A stretch of DNA of 64,000 nucleotides from Chiloscyllium plagiosum (GCF_004010195.1 NC_057719.1:33582767-33646766), one strand, 5' to 3'; shown: positions 52,148 to 64,000, counted from the stretch's first letter. Numbers and translations are program-made. Notes: generated by a model not told the origin, from the sequence alone.

Positions 52148-52323
52148 CTTCTTTTGATGTATCTCCATACTGAGCCAATTTTTGCTTCCTCTTCGGCCAA
52201 CTCATTCCTACTGATAGCTGAATCAATGCAAACCGCAAAATGCCAAAGATCACACAAAATATATATTTGTGGAAGGTACCCCAGGCTCCTAGATTCTTGG
52301 GAGCCACACTCAGCATGAGTGTG
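52148..52323 (-). CDS. Candidate 176-bp internal coding exon encoding a hydrophobic (TM-like) segment and a basic stretch
   Basis: Long polypyrimidine tract ctttttttctctctctgcaattttctttgtacttttccaag|, donor AAG|gtacat; frame TLMLSVAPKNLGAWGTFHKYIFCVIFGILRFALIQLSVGMSWPKRKQKLAQYGDTSKE. Confidence 0.6.
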
Positions 52324-55034
52324 CTTGGAAAAGTACAAAGAAAATTGCAGAGAGAGAAAAAAAGCTATCAATGGAAGACAGCAATACTTCAGTCTGCGGG
52401 CACTCTAATGACAAATGTTAATCAACCTTTGTTCATACAGCACAAAATGCCATTTACCTCCCTCAGCTACACTACAGTCATTTAAATACATCTCTGTTCA
52501 CTGATCTTTATTTATTCATTTGATTATTAGATTTAAATTATCAAAAGAATGTAACATGTTACTGATCACTCTATTGATTGTCTAGTATGGACACAGTATG
52601 GTCATTAAGTTCCTTTAGCAGATACATTGGAGACAACAAAGCCAATTTTTTGCATTATTTTTCCCTAAAGGTGGTGATTCTTATTTAAAAAAACAAGAAG
52701 CCAATTGTTATCTTACCAGTATGACCACTCTTCATGAACAATGGCACAAAAAAGTTTAATTTGTGACCAGGAGAGAAAGGACATCTGAAACACCACCATA
52801 CCTGCATTCATACAATTTCTGGACATTCTCAACCCCTCCCAATGACCTTTGAAGTTAATGCATTGCTCAACAATAGCTCAAGAGCAGTTTTTGTTAAATG
52901 ATCAACATATAGGCTAAGAAATGGATCAGGAAGTCTGACTGAAATAACTGCTAAAACAAGCTATTGAGTAAATCACAGAACAGGTAAGGAAACAGCAAGC
53001 TGTATCTTCTTACATACTGTTTTAATGTTCTAATCAATCATTTTGGCTAACACCAGAGCATTATCTAACTGGCATTTGCTTGAATCTTTTTTAACTATGT
53101 AGCTAAATTACAGGGTCAGAATATACGTTTGGGATTGTGTTTCAGTATAATTACTCATTCACATTATAAATGTAATCCTTTTGGATTCAACTTATGCCAG
53201 GCACTATATTTGGTACCAGCAGAGCAACATACCCTTTTCAAATGAGTATGATCACTGGCTCAGAATAATAAACTTTAAGAAATAACTGATTTTTTTTTTC
53301 ATTACAGTTAGAATCAAAGCAATTTGAAAGCAAATAAAAAGAAGTTTGGTGAATAAAATGGGTATGACTACTTTTGGGAAGTTTCTATTTGAAATGAGTA
53401 TTTTTCTCGAGAGCAAAGTTGAGAGCTCTATTTCGCTAGAGGAAATCTAGGACCTATACTGTATCTTCAACAGTCATTTTGTGTGATGTTCAGAAAACAT
53501 GCAGTAAAAGGGGTTAGTAGCTTTTCTGCGAATTGTTCGTGTGCATCATCAATGGTTCAGATAACATGGAGCTGGAAACTGAAGAAGATTCTGACCATGT
53601 CCTGCGATATATAATGTAAATAGGCAACAAAGTTTATTGGTTTATAACACCATAGTTTCTAGCTCTATTCTATCAGACACATGAAGATGTCAGCTGCTGT
53701 ATAGCATATTTCTGCGGTAAATCTCCAGCTGTGATTACAATTCCAGTAAACACGTTTCTACAAAGGTTAACTTTGAACATAGAAGCATCAGTTCTGCATT
53801 ATCTTTTTTTCCCATTGGCGGTAATTGGTTTCTTTTACTTTAGAACCCAACACCACACAGCCAATCACTTTGAGAAAGGAAGCTCAGGCTGTGTACCTAT
53901 CAAGCTGGTATCCTAACACAACAGTCATTGTATTTACTGGAAATAAAATTAATTAAAGTCAAAGCAGGAATGTAACAGCTGGTTAGGTCACAAAGTAAAG
54001 AGCTTTGCAGTGTTCCTTATGGGTCACCTCATGAACACATGACTCCAAGTCAACTTCACACTGCAAACACCTTTGTGATTCAAACCGACCATCTGTTCAA
54101 TTTTGTGTCATCTCTATGCATTAAATTAGAACATTTTAAGATGATCAAATTCACTGCTTTACAAAAACCAAAAACTCCACTATTATCTTAGAGTCAATGC
54201 TAACTATTTCAAAATTTACCGTTGTATACAATATAAATCAAGCAATGCAAGTTGTGACCATAATTTAAGTAATACCAGCACTGTTTAGGATTCTTCACAT
54301 TAATATTAAGAACATTTCATTTACCTTAGTATTAATTCAATTCTGATGAAATAACATGCAAAAATATTCTCTTTTTTTAAACAAGTTTATGTAAATGCAA
54401 AATGGAAAATAAATTATGCAGACAGTTTGTGGGAATATCAGCATAATGGTTATGTTACTGGACTAGTAATCCAAAAACATAATTTCAATACCCACCATAA
54501 CAAATAAGGAATTTAAATTCAGGTAGTTAAATAATTCAACATAATAAGTAATGGTACTGACGTATTCATTGTAAACTTGGTTCATGACTTACCAATTTCC
54601 TTTTGAGAAAAAAAAACCTTCCTGTCCAGCCTGGCCTATGTATGAATTCAGCTCCTCAGCATATGATGCACAATATCTTTCTGAAATACCTAGCAAACTA
54701 TTCAGTTGTTAAGAAGTTGGCTCACCTCATTATCTCAAAGGCAATTCACCAAAGCTCCTCTGACCGGACCTTCCAAACCCATGAACTATCACCTCAAAGG
54801 ACAAGTAAAGCACGTACATGAGACAATACCCACTGCAAGTTCTCCCTCAAGCCATGTACCATCCTGACTTGAAACATGACCACCATTCCTTCACTAACAA
54901 TGGAGAAACTCCTTTCTTAATTGTACACCCCATCCATAACAGTTTGAGATGGCAACTTACCATCACCTTCTCATGGTAATTAGGAATGGGAATGTCCCAG
55001 CCAGTGACATCCACATTCCATGAACCAATAAAAT

Positions 55035-55197
55035 GATTAGATTAGATTAGATTACAGTGTGGAAACAGGCCCTTCGGCCCAACAAGTCCACACCGACCCG
55101 CCGAAGCGAAACCCACCCATACCCCTACATTTACCCCTTACCTAACACTACAGGCAATTTAGTATGGCCAATTCACCTGACCCTGCACATCTTTGGA
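55035..55197 (-). mobile_element. HE1-type SINE, 5'-truncated, young
   Basis: (ATCTA)n tail, CpGs retained, very similar to 62016-62164. Confidence 0.9.
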
Positions 55198-55483
55198 TGA
55201 CATTGAGGTTAGTATTAAACATTGGGTTTACAAGCAGCAATCACACCTCATGGAAAACTAAAAGGTAGCAACATTGTATTATGTTGATTTATTGTTCGAT
55301 AGCAATTATCTGGAAGCATACAAAAACTGATTATAGCAGCTAACAGTTACTGGTAGTAGTCCAGTTGGTGCACAACTAAGATTGGATGTGAAACCTCCCC
55401 TAGCCTGTGACTGTTAATAAATATTAGGTTAAGAACAGAAAATGGTGGAAATACTCAGCAGGTTTGGTAATTCCTGCAGTTCA

Positions 55484-55663
55484 GAGAAGGTGGTGAGGCT
55501 GGTGGAATTGTAACATTTAAAAGACATCTGGATGGGTATAGGAATGGGAAGAGTTGAGAGGGATATGAGCCATATGCTGGCAAGTGCAACAAGATCAGTT
55601 TAGGATACCTGGTCAGTGCAGATGATTTGGACCAAGGATCTGTTTCCATACTCTATGACTCTA
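55484..55663 (+). mobile_element. CR1 (HER1-like) 3' end
   Basis: Collinear with 3920-4120; tail ctctatgactcta. Confidence 0.85.
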
Positions 55664-55676
55664 CGCGATGGATTTT

Positions 55677-55973
55677 TAGATTGGATTAGATTGGATTATC
55701 TGCAGTGCGGAAATTTGCCCTTCGGCCCAACAAGTCCACATCGACCCTCTGAAGAGTAACCCACCCAGACCCATTTCCCTCTGACTAACGCACCTAACCT
55801 GTGGACAATTTAGCATGGCCAATTCGTGCTCCTCTGGAGCACCCAGAGGAAACCCACGCAGACACGGGGAGAATGTGCAAACTCCACACAGACAGTCGCC
55901 CGAGGTTGGAATCGAGCCTGGGGCCCTGGCGCTGTGAGGCAGCAGTGCTAATCACTGAGCCACCATGCTGCCC
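55677..55973 (-). mobile_element. HE1-type SINE
   Basis: Head gggcagcatggtggctcagtgattagcactgctgcc, V-domain, (ATCYA)n tail. Confidence 0.92.
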
Positions 55974-57086
55974 TAAATAGCAATCTGAGGCTACATGGCC
56001 ACCATTACTGATACTACCTTTTTATTTTGCATTTATTTAATTAACTGAATTTAAGTTCTCTTACTGCTATAGTGACACTTGAACTCACATCTCTGAATCT
56101 TAAGTCCAGATTTCTGGACTACAGATTCTATAACATAATTGTTGTTACTATTCAGATCATTTACATAAATTATTCATTATGTATTTACATAAATTGTTTA
56201 TTTAGTTTTGCAATCCACTGCTTATCACCATCCAAATCTACAAGTTAACAATGCAGCAGGCTTTGAAATTAGTTTGTTTAGCTGGGAAACAAAAAAGGGT
56301 TTCATTTTAAGTAAATTATTTTGCATATTTTACCCTGGTTACCCCATGATTAAAAGAATGGATTTTAATACTGAAATGTCATTGATTATCAAGCTTATTA
56401 TTTCAGTGAGACTGCTATATCTCAGCCCAAACACACTGTAAAGCTAATTTCATTTGAATTTTTTTTTGTAGCTCAATGTGTAGCAACAAGCTATGCATAA
56501 TAAGCGATGCATGTATTTATGTAACATTTCACTATCACTATGGCTCATTGACTTGTGCAAAAGTTGGTTATCCCCTTTTATTAAAAGCACTGCGATAAGG
56601 GCTTACTTTTGGAAGAAAAAGGATGAGATTATTACCATACTCTCAGCAAACACAAAAGGTACAATGCATCGTTCTCAATCTGGTCAGTGTGATAATGTGT
56701 ATGAGTAATCTCTGATGACTTTCCCCGTAAAGTAATGGCAAATGTTCATTCCAGAAGAATTGGTAAGGTCAGGTTTGAAATCAATATATCCATCAATCAA
56801 CATCTTCCAAATGAGGCATTTGGGAGATCTTACTGGCCATCCTCTGCTATGGTCTGTTCATTGAACTGAGGTAGGGCAAATTATAAAATGGAACTGAAGC
56901 TTTAATGGTCTATTATAAAAATATCTAGCTTGAATTCTCACTTGAGCAACTGCAATACGCTTCAGTTGTAAAAATGAAATGTTCCATTATTTCAGACTGT
57001 AAAAGATAAGTGACCAAGAAAAGCCCGACCAACTCATCATGCTGAATTCTCCCATATGCAGTTAGTGTGGTGAGCCACTTTGATAT

Positions 57087-57411
57087 TAGAATCCCTACAA
57101 TGTAGGGACAGGCCATTTGGCCCCACAAGTCCACACCAACCCTCCAAAGAATAACCCACCCAGACCCATTCCCCTGCCCTATTACTCTGCATTTACCCCT
57201 GACAATGCACCTAAATTACATGTCCCTGAATACTATGGGCAATTTAACATGGCCAATTGACCTGACTTGCACATCTTTGGATTGTGGGAGGAAACTGGAG
57301 CACCTGGAGGAAACCCACACAGACACTGGGAGAATGTGCAAACTCCACACAGATGTCACCCAAGCCTGGAATCAAACCCAGGTCCCTGGCACAGTGAGGT
57401 AGCAATGCTAA
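57087..57411 (-). mobile_element. HE1-type SINE
   Basis: V-domain and tail as in the other copies. Confidence 0.9.
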
Positions 57412-57542
57412 TGCGTAAGTCACCGTTTTCAGTCTACTGTGTGAATTTACTCACATAATCGCAACATAATTTTCACCTCGTTCATTATCATATCAAGCTC
57501 TTTGGCGCAATTCTCATGAAATCACATGGTGAGAGAGGCGGA

Positions 57543-57584
57543 ACCCAACTCTGGCATACCCAACTCTGGCATACCTAACTCTGG
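57543..57584 (+). repeat. 15-bp tandem repeat, 2.8 copies
   Basis: acccaactctggcat acccaactctggcat acctaactctgg. Confidence 0.9.
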
Positions 57585-57619
57585 TGCCATATTTAAACAG
57601 CAGCATTCAACCATGAAAT

Positions 57620-57830
57620 GTCACGGAAGAAAGGTATGCTTCCAGGACAGGGATCTTGAGTTGCTGGAATGGGTGATGGAGGGGATTGATATCCCTGCTC
57701 CTGCAAAGGAGGCCAAGCCACCAAACAGCAAGGGCAGAGATTGCAGTACAAGTCAGTGTTGTGTTCAATATCAAAACTGTCATACAGCAAAGCCACAAGA
57801 AGGTCAAAGATCTTCTGCACTCTGCAAGAG
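57620..57830 (+). pseudogene. Frameshifted Myb/SANT-like domain of a PIF/Harbinger transposon
   Basis: RKVCFQDRDLELLEWV in one frame, RRPSHQTARAEIAVQVS...QQSHKKVKDLLHSAR in another; fits the NAIF1/MSANTD-type trihelix pattern. Confidence 0.6.
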
Positions 57831-58812
57831 GAAGTGCCATCATTTTCTTTCTGATAACTCACACTCACACTCTCACTCTGTCACTGCACAGAAATCTCAC
57901 CAAGGCTTATGGACGGAGACCCACAATATCCCATGCACCTCATCCATTCTCGCGCTCACATCTACATCATTCTCCAAAGCTACTAGCCTTTCCTGCCCTC
58001 TACAATTCCTACTCACTTACTGAGCACACCTGACTACCACTTCTGCTCTGACATGACCAATAACTGCTCTTGCATCCACTTCCATGATATTCTATCTCTT
58101 GCCTTGCTTAAAGTAGGAAAAACTGGCTCCCTGTCTTGATGTCTCCACAGCACACAGACTGGGTGGACCTGGAAGATGAGGTTTCCTCTTACGAAAGAAC
58201 CGAGAACTAGGTGTCATTTTAAATGAAGAGATTGCCCATTTATATCAGAGATAAGAGAAATTGAGTGTCTTTGGAACATTCTTTCTCAAGTAGCACTGAA
58301 AGCAGAATCTTTTTAAGTATTTTTAAGACAGAAGTGTTTATATTTATGGTAAGGAGGACAAGGTGAGGTGTATATTGATTATCAGGATTAGGCAAGAAGA
58401 TAGAGTAATTAAATCAACGACGATCATATTGAACAGGATTGACGGACTGAGTGGCCTATTCTTCCTACTAATTTGTGTTTTCATGTCATGATTTGGACAA
58501 TATTTGAATATTGTTGTTAACTGTACACTTGATGACCACAAATGGAAATAATAATGGTGTTTACCAATATCTTGTGGGTTGTCATTAACTAGAAGCACAA
58601 GTGGGCTCTCCACACAAATGTCATGCATATTACTGCTGCATGACCTTGTGAGCAGCTCAACTAAACATCTCTATACAAGGTTATTTGTTAAGTGGCCAAC
58701 TGTAAATATCTATTCTCTCCATAATTGCTGCATGTACCTACAGTGCACTCTAGCTGCAAGATACACTTAGTCAATTTGTCACAGCTTCTTTAATATCAAC
58801 TTCCAAACCTGT

Positions 58813-58909
58813 TCTGAGGAAGGGTCCCTCTACCTGAAACATTAACTCTGATTTCTCTCCACAGATGCTGCCAGACCTGCTGAACTTTTCCAGCAATTTC
58901 TGATTTTGA
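58813..58909 (+). mobile_element. PLE-derived short insert with hammerhead core and perfect 12-bp TSD
   Basis: gtt-CTGAGGA-A-GGGT-ccctct-ACCT-GAAA-C-ATT-aac; ttccaaacctgt at 58801-58812 and 58910-58921; sits in a family B LINE tail. Confidence 0.85.
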
Positions 58910-59459
58910 TTCCAAACCTGTGACCTCAGTAACTAGAAGGACAGGGGTGGGAGAGGTGTGGGAACATCATCACCTTCAGAATGACCATCATCATTCTGAC
59001 AAAGGCACCAGATCCTGCCATTCTGCTCCAAGGCTTCTACCCAGCTCAGCATGCTGGAGGAATGGCCAGCAGTGCAGGATGAAGATCAATAACCTTTTTC
59101 ACTCCAAATAAATAATTTACCCCACCCAGTCTAGGTACGGGCACAATAATTTCATGTCCTTTCCATATTTCCAGCGTGATGGAAGCCAACAATGATTACA
59201 CCTTGAACACTGAGTCTAAAGCTCAGCCGCTCCATTTTGGTGAACCCCCAAACATAAGCATTCCCTTCCTGGTTGACCAAATAATAACCATAGCAAAGAC
59301 AAAGAACTATTAGTCAATTCAGATTTTGGAATTCTAGCTCATTCAATTCAAAGGCAATCATAAGCCACAATTATCCACACCATTCCATCCTTCATTTTCT
59401 TCAGTTGAAAACCATTGACTTCAGAATCTGCAAATCAAATGACTGAGAAATCCACAGAA

Positions 59460-59870
59460 GTAGAATAAGACCATAAGACAAATGCAAAAGTAGGCCATTT
59501 GACCCCCTAACCCTACTTCAACATTCAATACAATCTTGGCAGATCTGATCATGTTTAAATTCATTTTCTTGCCTTTTCCTCATAATGCTTGATTCTCTTA
59601 CAGATGAAAAATCTGTCTATCTCAGCCTTGAATATACATAATAGCTCAACTTCAATGGCCCTCTGCAGTTGTGAATTCCACAGTCTAGCCAACCTGAGAG
59701 AAAAATTCCTTCTCATTCCTGTCTAAATCATGTGGCCCCTTATTATGCGAATAAGCCCTCTGTTCCTTGACTGCTCTCTGTTTCTAGACTCTCTCAATAC
59801 GGAAAACAACATCTTTGCATCTACCCTGTCAACCTCTCCCCCCTCAATATAATCTTGTACGCATTTAAGT
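59460..59870 (-). mobile_element. Old CR1 3' end
   Basis: ccataagac...gtaggccatt tail and degenerate ORF2 end. Confidence 0.65.
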
Positions 59871-59879
59871 AGGGAAAGG

Positions 59880-60125
59880 AATTGGGAATGTAGTTGTGGT
59901 AGGGGACAGCAAAATCAGAGGGATAGATACTGTACTCTACAGTTGTAAGTGGGAATCCCAAAGCTGTGTTGACTACCTGTGCCAGTGTTAAGGGCATTTC
60001 TTCAGGGCTAAAGAGCAACTTGGAGAAAGAGGAGGAATCCATTAGCCATCATCTATGTTGGTACCATTCACATTGGTAGGATTAGAAAAGAGGTTTGTTA
60101 AAAGACTTTATACAGTTGCAGGGAC
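59880..60125 (+). mobile_element. CR1 ORF1 SGNH/GDSL esterase-domain remnant
   Basis: NVVVVGDSKIRGIDTVL and, after frameshifts, IYVGTIHIGR (HVGTNDIG-like). Confidence 0.7.
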
Positions 60126-60126
60126 T

Positions 60127-60470
60127 AGGAGAAAGTGAGGGCTGCAGATTCTGGAAGGTCAGAGTCGAAAAGTGTGATGTTGGAAAAGGGGGGCTGAGAT
60201 ATAAATAGTAGGGTGGGGGTGGAGCTGGGTGAAGGTAGCTGGGAAGGCAATAGAAGGTGCACATAGGGGATGATTCTGATAGGTTGGTGGGGAGGATGGA
60301 GCGAATAGATAGAAAGGAAGATGGACAGGTAGGACAGGTCAAGAGGGTGATGCCACATCGGAGGGTTGGATCTGGGATGAGGTGGGGCAAAGGGAGATTT
60401 GGAAACTAGTGAAGTTAACGTTGATGCTGTGTGGTGGAAGGGTCCCAAGGCAGAAGATGAGGTGAAAGAA
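60127..60470 (-). mobile_element. Penelope-like element ORF end, 3' region and pLTR piece
   Basis: HLIFCLGTLPPHSINVNFTSF (end of the GIY-YIG domain); 60127-60188 matches the short PLE inserts. Confidence 0.8.
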
Positions 60471-60774
60471 GAGGAAGAATGACCTATAAATCCTGACTGT
60501 CTTCTGTGTTAAGCAATTGTCAATTGTCAAAAATTACCTCTAAAATCTAAAACATTCTCTAAAATTGTCAGATCAGTTTTGTCATCACCCGAAACACAAA
60601 GTGTATATAGAATCTTACTTGGAACAAATAAAACCTGAGTCTATTAAAGATTTCAGAGCAACAGCAAAAGTAGATTTGAAGCCCACGATCACTCAAACTG
60701 TTAAAAGACCTTGATTCTAAAGGAACCAGTTACCAGCGATTTCTCATCAGCAAAAATCACAAGTAGCCATAATG

Positions 60775-60983
60775 CAATAAAAACAGAAAGCACTGTAAAA
60801 CCCAGCAGGTCTGACAACATCAGTGCCAAAAAAAGTAGACTTTACATTTCAAGTCCAATATTTTTGCAACTTTGTATTCAAAATGTAAACTCTGTCTGTG
60901 CCCACAGATGCTGCTAGACATGTTGAGTTTCTCCAGAACTTTCTCTTTTTATTTCAGATCTCCAGAATCCTCAGACTTTATTT
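60775..60983. mobile_element. Old PLE-derived fold-back insert
   Basis: Degenerate inverted arms cagcaggtctgacaacatc / gatgctgctagacatgttg; possible TSD tagccataatg / tagccctgatg. Confidence 0.6.
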
Positions 60984-61619
60984 TAGCCCTGATGTCACAT
61001 TGACAACATGAATGAAATGTCCATAATTTCTATTATGTCTGGCAACTGAATTGTGTTTTGGAAAGTTTCAAATCCTTCTAGTAAGAGCAACAAGGACATG
61101 AGCAGATAGGATAGATGGCTGTATGATTGACAGAACAAAATTAATAGCTATGGTTATTACCAGATTTAAAATCATGCAATAACAAGTTCGCTGCAGTTCC
61201 CTTAAGTCTGTTAACCATAGAATCATAGAATTTTATAGAAGAAAACCATTCAACCCATTGTTTCTGTACTGACTCCTAATGGACCTACCCAACTAGTCGC
61301 ATTCTCCATCCTTATTTCCATAGCCCTCTAAATTCATCACTTTCAAATATATATTGAGCTCTCTTTTGAAACCTTCTATGGAATCCTAAGTATACTCTGT
61401 CTCCATCTTCACTGTAGAGGAAATGGACACACTACCAAATAGTAAAATAGTAATGAATTAAGGAGAGGTACAGTGCGTTTCACATATGTTAAAAATGAAA
61501 ATATAAATGGGATTTAAGATAAATGTATCTCAAGTGATTGATGATTTTCATCCCAGAGTATTAAAGGAAATAAATGCAATAATTAATAATGCAGTAATTA
61601 TACGCTCCTTGTTGACACT

Positions 61620-61820
61620 CATGCCGGCCTCTGGTCTGGGACTCGCCTCCCTGCGACAGCCTCTGGTCTGGCAGTTGCCTCCTTCAGTCCCCTTGAAGTA
61701 AGTTTAAGTTAAAAGTTTTTAAAAAAACACTTTCGAAAAGAGGAAAGAAAAAAACAAGACAAAAGAACAGGTGAAGCAGAGCAGCTCTGGCTGAAGTGTC
61801 CTTATTTGCAACCATCTTGA
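61620..61820 (-). mobile_element. Possible L1-like 5' UTR fragment
   Basis: Minus strand begins caagatggttgc (decayed YY1-like CAAGATGGCG), then gacacttcagccagagc and a T-rich tract. Confidence 0.35.
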
Positions 61821-62015
61821 CCATTAAACAAACCTTATCTGTCCTTCAAGAACATTTTTGTTTCCTCCACCACTTTGTGATGACCATATCACAGGCTAAT
61901 GCCCATGGATCAGCCAAAAAGGATCTATTTGAATGCTGAATTCATTTGAAATGACCCTGTTCAATTTGGGTTTTGAGTATCCAGGTCCCATACGCCATGT
62001 CGCTATGGAATCTTC

Positions 62016-62164
62016 ATTAGATTAGATTAGATTACTTACAGTGTGGAAACAGGCCCTTCGGCCCAACAAGTCCACACCGCCCCGCCGAAGCGCAACCCAC
62101 CCATACCCCTACATTTTTCCCTTGCCTAACACTACGGGCAATTTAGCATGGCCAATTCACCTGA
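62016..62164 (-). mobile_element. HE1-type SINE, 5'-truncated, young
   Basis: (ATCTA)n tail, intact CpGs. Confidence 0.9.
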
Positions 62165-63664
62165 ATTCATGATGTAGAGAAAATCCAACACATAAGAATC
62201 TAAATCTAAACTCCACAGATGGGTGGTTAGGATTATATTAAAAGTTAAAGTACAAAAATCCAAAACCAGGCATGTAACTATCATGAACCCATTCTCTTCC
62301 AATTTTATCAGAGCCGATGACCTTGCATCTGCAGTGTTTCATTTTTGTGTAAGTGTTTGCTGATATTATCTAAATGGATGTCCAGAAGATATTTGATAAG
62401 ACTGGATGCAAAAGGCTATTAGTAAAAATGATTAAAATCACAAAATTAGATGTGACATCATGATACACATTGGCAAACCAAAAATAAGGACAAGTGAGGC
62501 AAAGAATAGAGATCAAGGATTCATTTTTAGATCAACACAACGTGGCAAGTGATGTTTCCTAGGTACATGCAGTTTGACTTCATATTTTCATCCTATATAT
62601 CATTGTTATGGATGAAGGAATAGAGAGTGGTAGATCCCTGTTTTCGGTTGACTTTTCATTAGTTTGATTGAAGAAGCTATGTTGATATGACCTAGAATTT
62701 AAAATGAATATAGAGAGAGTATAAAACAATGACAGATGGAATTCAATGGAGGATGTGAGGTCAGTGACTTGCATGCTACGAAAGACAAAAATCAGCATAT
62801 TCACCGAATGGCAGTGTAGTCACTTTGGAGGAGCAATGGGATTTAAGTGTCCATGCACCCAAAATTGTATACAAGTGAAAAAATTTATTGAAGATGGAAT
62901 GTTGGCTTTTGGGAATTAGAATATAACACAGAGGAACAAATGCTTCAGTTGGATAAAGCTTTATCAGATTATATCTTGTTACAACTGAGACAAGAGAAAT
63001 GTGATGGTAATCATGCCCCAATGCATCATGAATCACAACAATCATGTAAGTATTTTCAATCCATTAATTACTAAAAAGGTGATTTTGGTCCTGCTATGGA
63101 AACAAAACAAAACCTTTCACTAGGATTCTTTAAGCCACTCAAAAATAATCTGTTTTTTTTAATAAACCAATTCTCATTGGCAAAAAGCAAGTGGCAAAAT
63201 TGGTTAACAACTAAATTATAATCTAGAATTAGCACTATATTCCTTTTTCATCCCAGCACAAATTCACTCACACAATACAAAATACAAACTCTACAGGGAT
63301 GATATTTGCAAATGGGGAAAGAAAACACAATTGCCTTTATTGGCTAATGGTCAAAAAAAAAGATAGAATTTGATGAATTCTCATAGTTCATCAGGTTTCA
63401 TGTTACGGGCATTGAATTCTTCACAACCACAGAGTGTGTAATGGAAGATCATATAGGTAAACATTGGGCTTGTATGAAAATTAGGCTAATTCTGGTTAGT
63501 GGTCATAGTTTAGCTTCTCAGGATTTAAAAACTAATCAAAATACCAAGGTGTTGAAACTTTACCAGGTTTCCAAATATTCCAACCAAGACAGAGACTTGC
63601 ATCTTTGAAAGTTTTCTTCATTCTGACTACCCATGTTTTTAAAACAGAACCCAGCACCCAATCT

Positions 63665-64000
63665 ACAGAAATACTCCCAGAAGACAGGAGGATAGCAAAT
63701 GTTGTCCCCTCGTTCAAGGAGTTGAGAAAATCCTGGTAATTATAGACCAGTAAGCCTTAGTTCGGTTGTGGGTAAAGTGTTGGAAAGGATTATAAGAAGT
63801 AGGATTTATAATCATCTTGAAAGAAATGATTTGATTAGGGATAGTCAACACGGTTTTGTGAAGGATAGGTTGTGCCTCACAAACCTTATTGATTTCATTG
63901 AGAAGGGGAGCAAACAGGTGGATGAGGGTAAAGTGGTTGATGTGGTGTATATGATTTGATAACGTTCCCCATGGTAGGCTCTTGCAGAAAATACAGAGGC
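63665..64000 (+). mobile_element. CR1 RT fragment running off the window end
   Basis: ENPGNYRPVSL...GKVLERIIR...DSQHGFVKDRLCLTNLIDF...VDVVYM...VPHGRLL. Confidence 0.92.

Noticed and set aside
52126..52371. Alternative frame containing LGYLPQ (ABC-transporter Q-loop-like)
   Set aside because: No Walker motifs or other ABC features; the other frame gives a coherent TM plus basic segment. Not formally excluded
52717..52784. Minus-strand 68-bp exon in phase with the 52323 exon (MSFLSWSQIKLFCAIVHEEWSY)
   Set aside because: The donor is good but the acceptor lacks a pyrimidine tract and the peptide is unrecognisable
53285..53365. Strong plus-strand splice acceptor tttttttttcattacag
   Set aside because: All three downstream frames stop within ten codons

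Overview
Repeat-rich vertebrate genomic DNA, almost certainly a cartilaginous fish (shark), judged from HE1-type V-SINEs and their partner HER1/CR1 LINEs. Two 500-N scaffolding gaps split it into three contigs. There is no prokaryotic gene content, CRISPR array, rRNA or true tRNA gene. Most listed ORFs are decayed retroelement pieces or span the N gaps. Contents: CR1 LINE fragments of several ages, a second CR1/L2-group LINE family with a partner SINE, HE1 SINEs, a solo LTR, hAT-Charlie, Tigger and Harbinger remnants, and Penelope-like elements (PLE). Two things stand out. (1) About ten short ORF-less PLE-derived inserts (roughly 90-230 bp): most carry an intact or decayed hammerhead-ribozyme core (CUGANGA...GAAAC-GUH), four fold back as long palindromes, and six have a 12-14 bp target-site duplication. 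(2) Two phase-compatible minus-strand candidate coding exons (52148-52323 and 7156-7514) whose joined translation weakly resembles the last TM segment and C-tail of polycystin-1 family proteins; this is a hypothesis only. Family names come from recognition of motifs, not from a database search, and most repeat boundaries are approximate.
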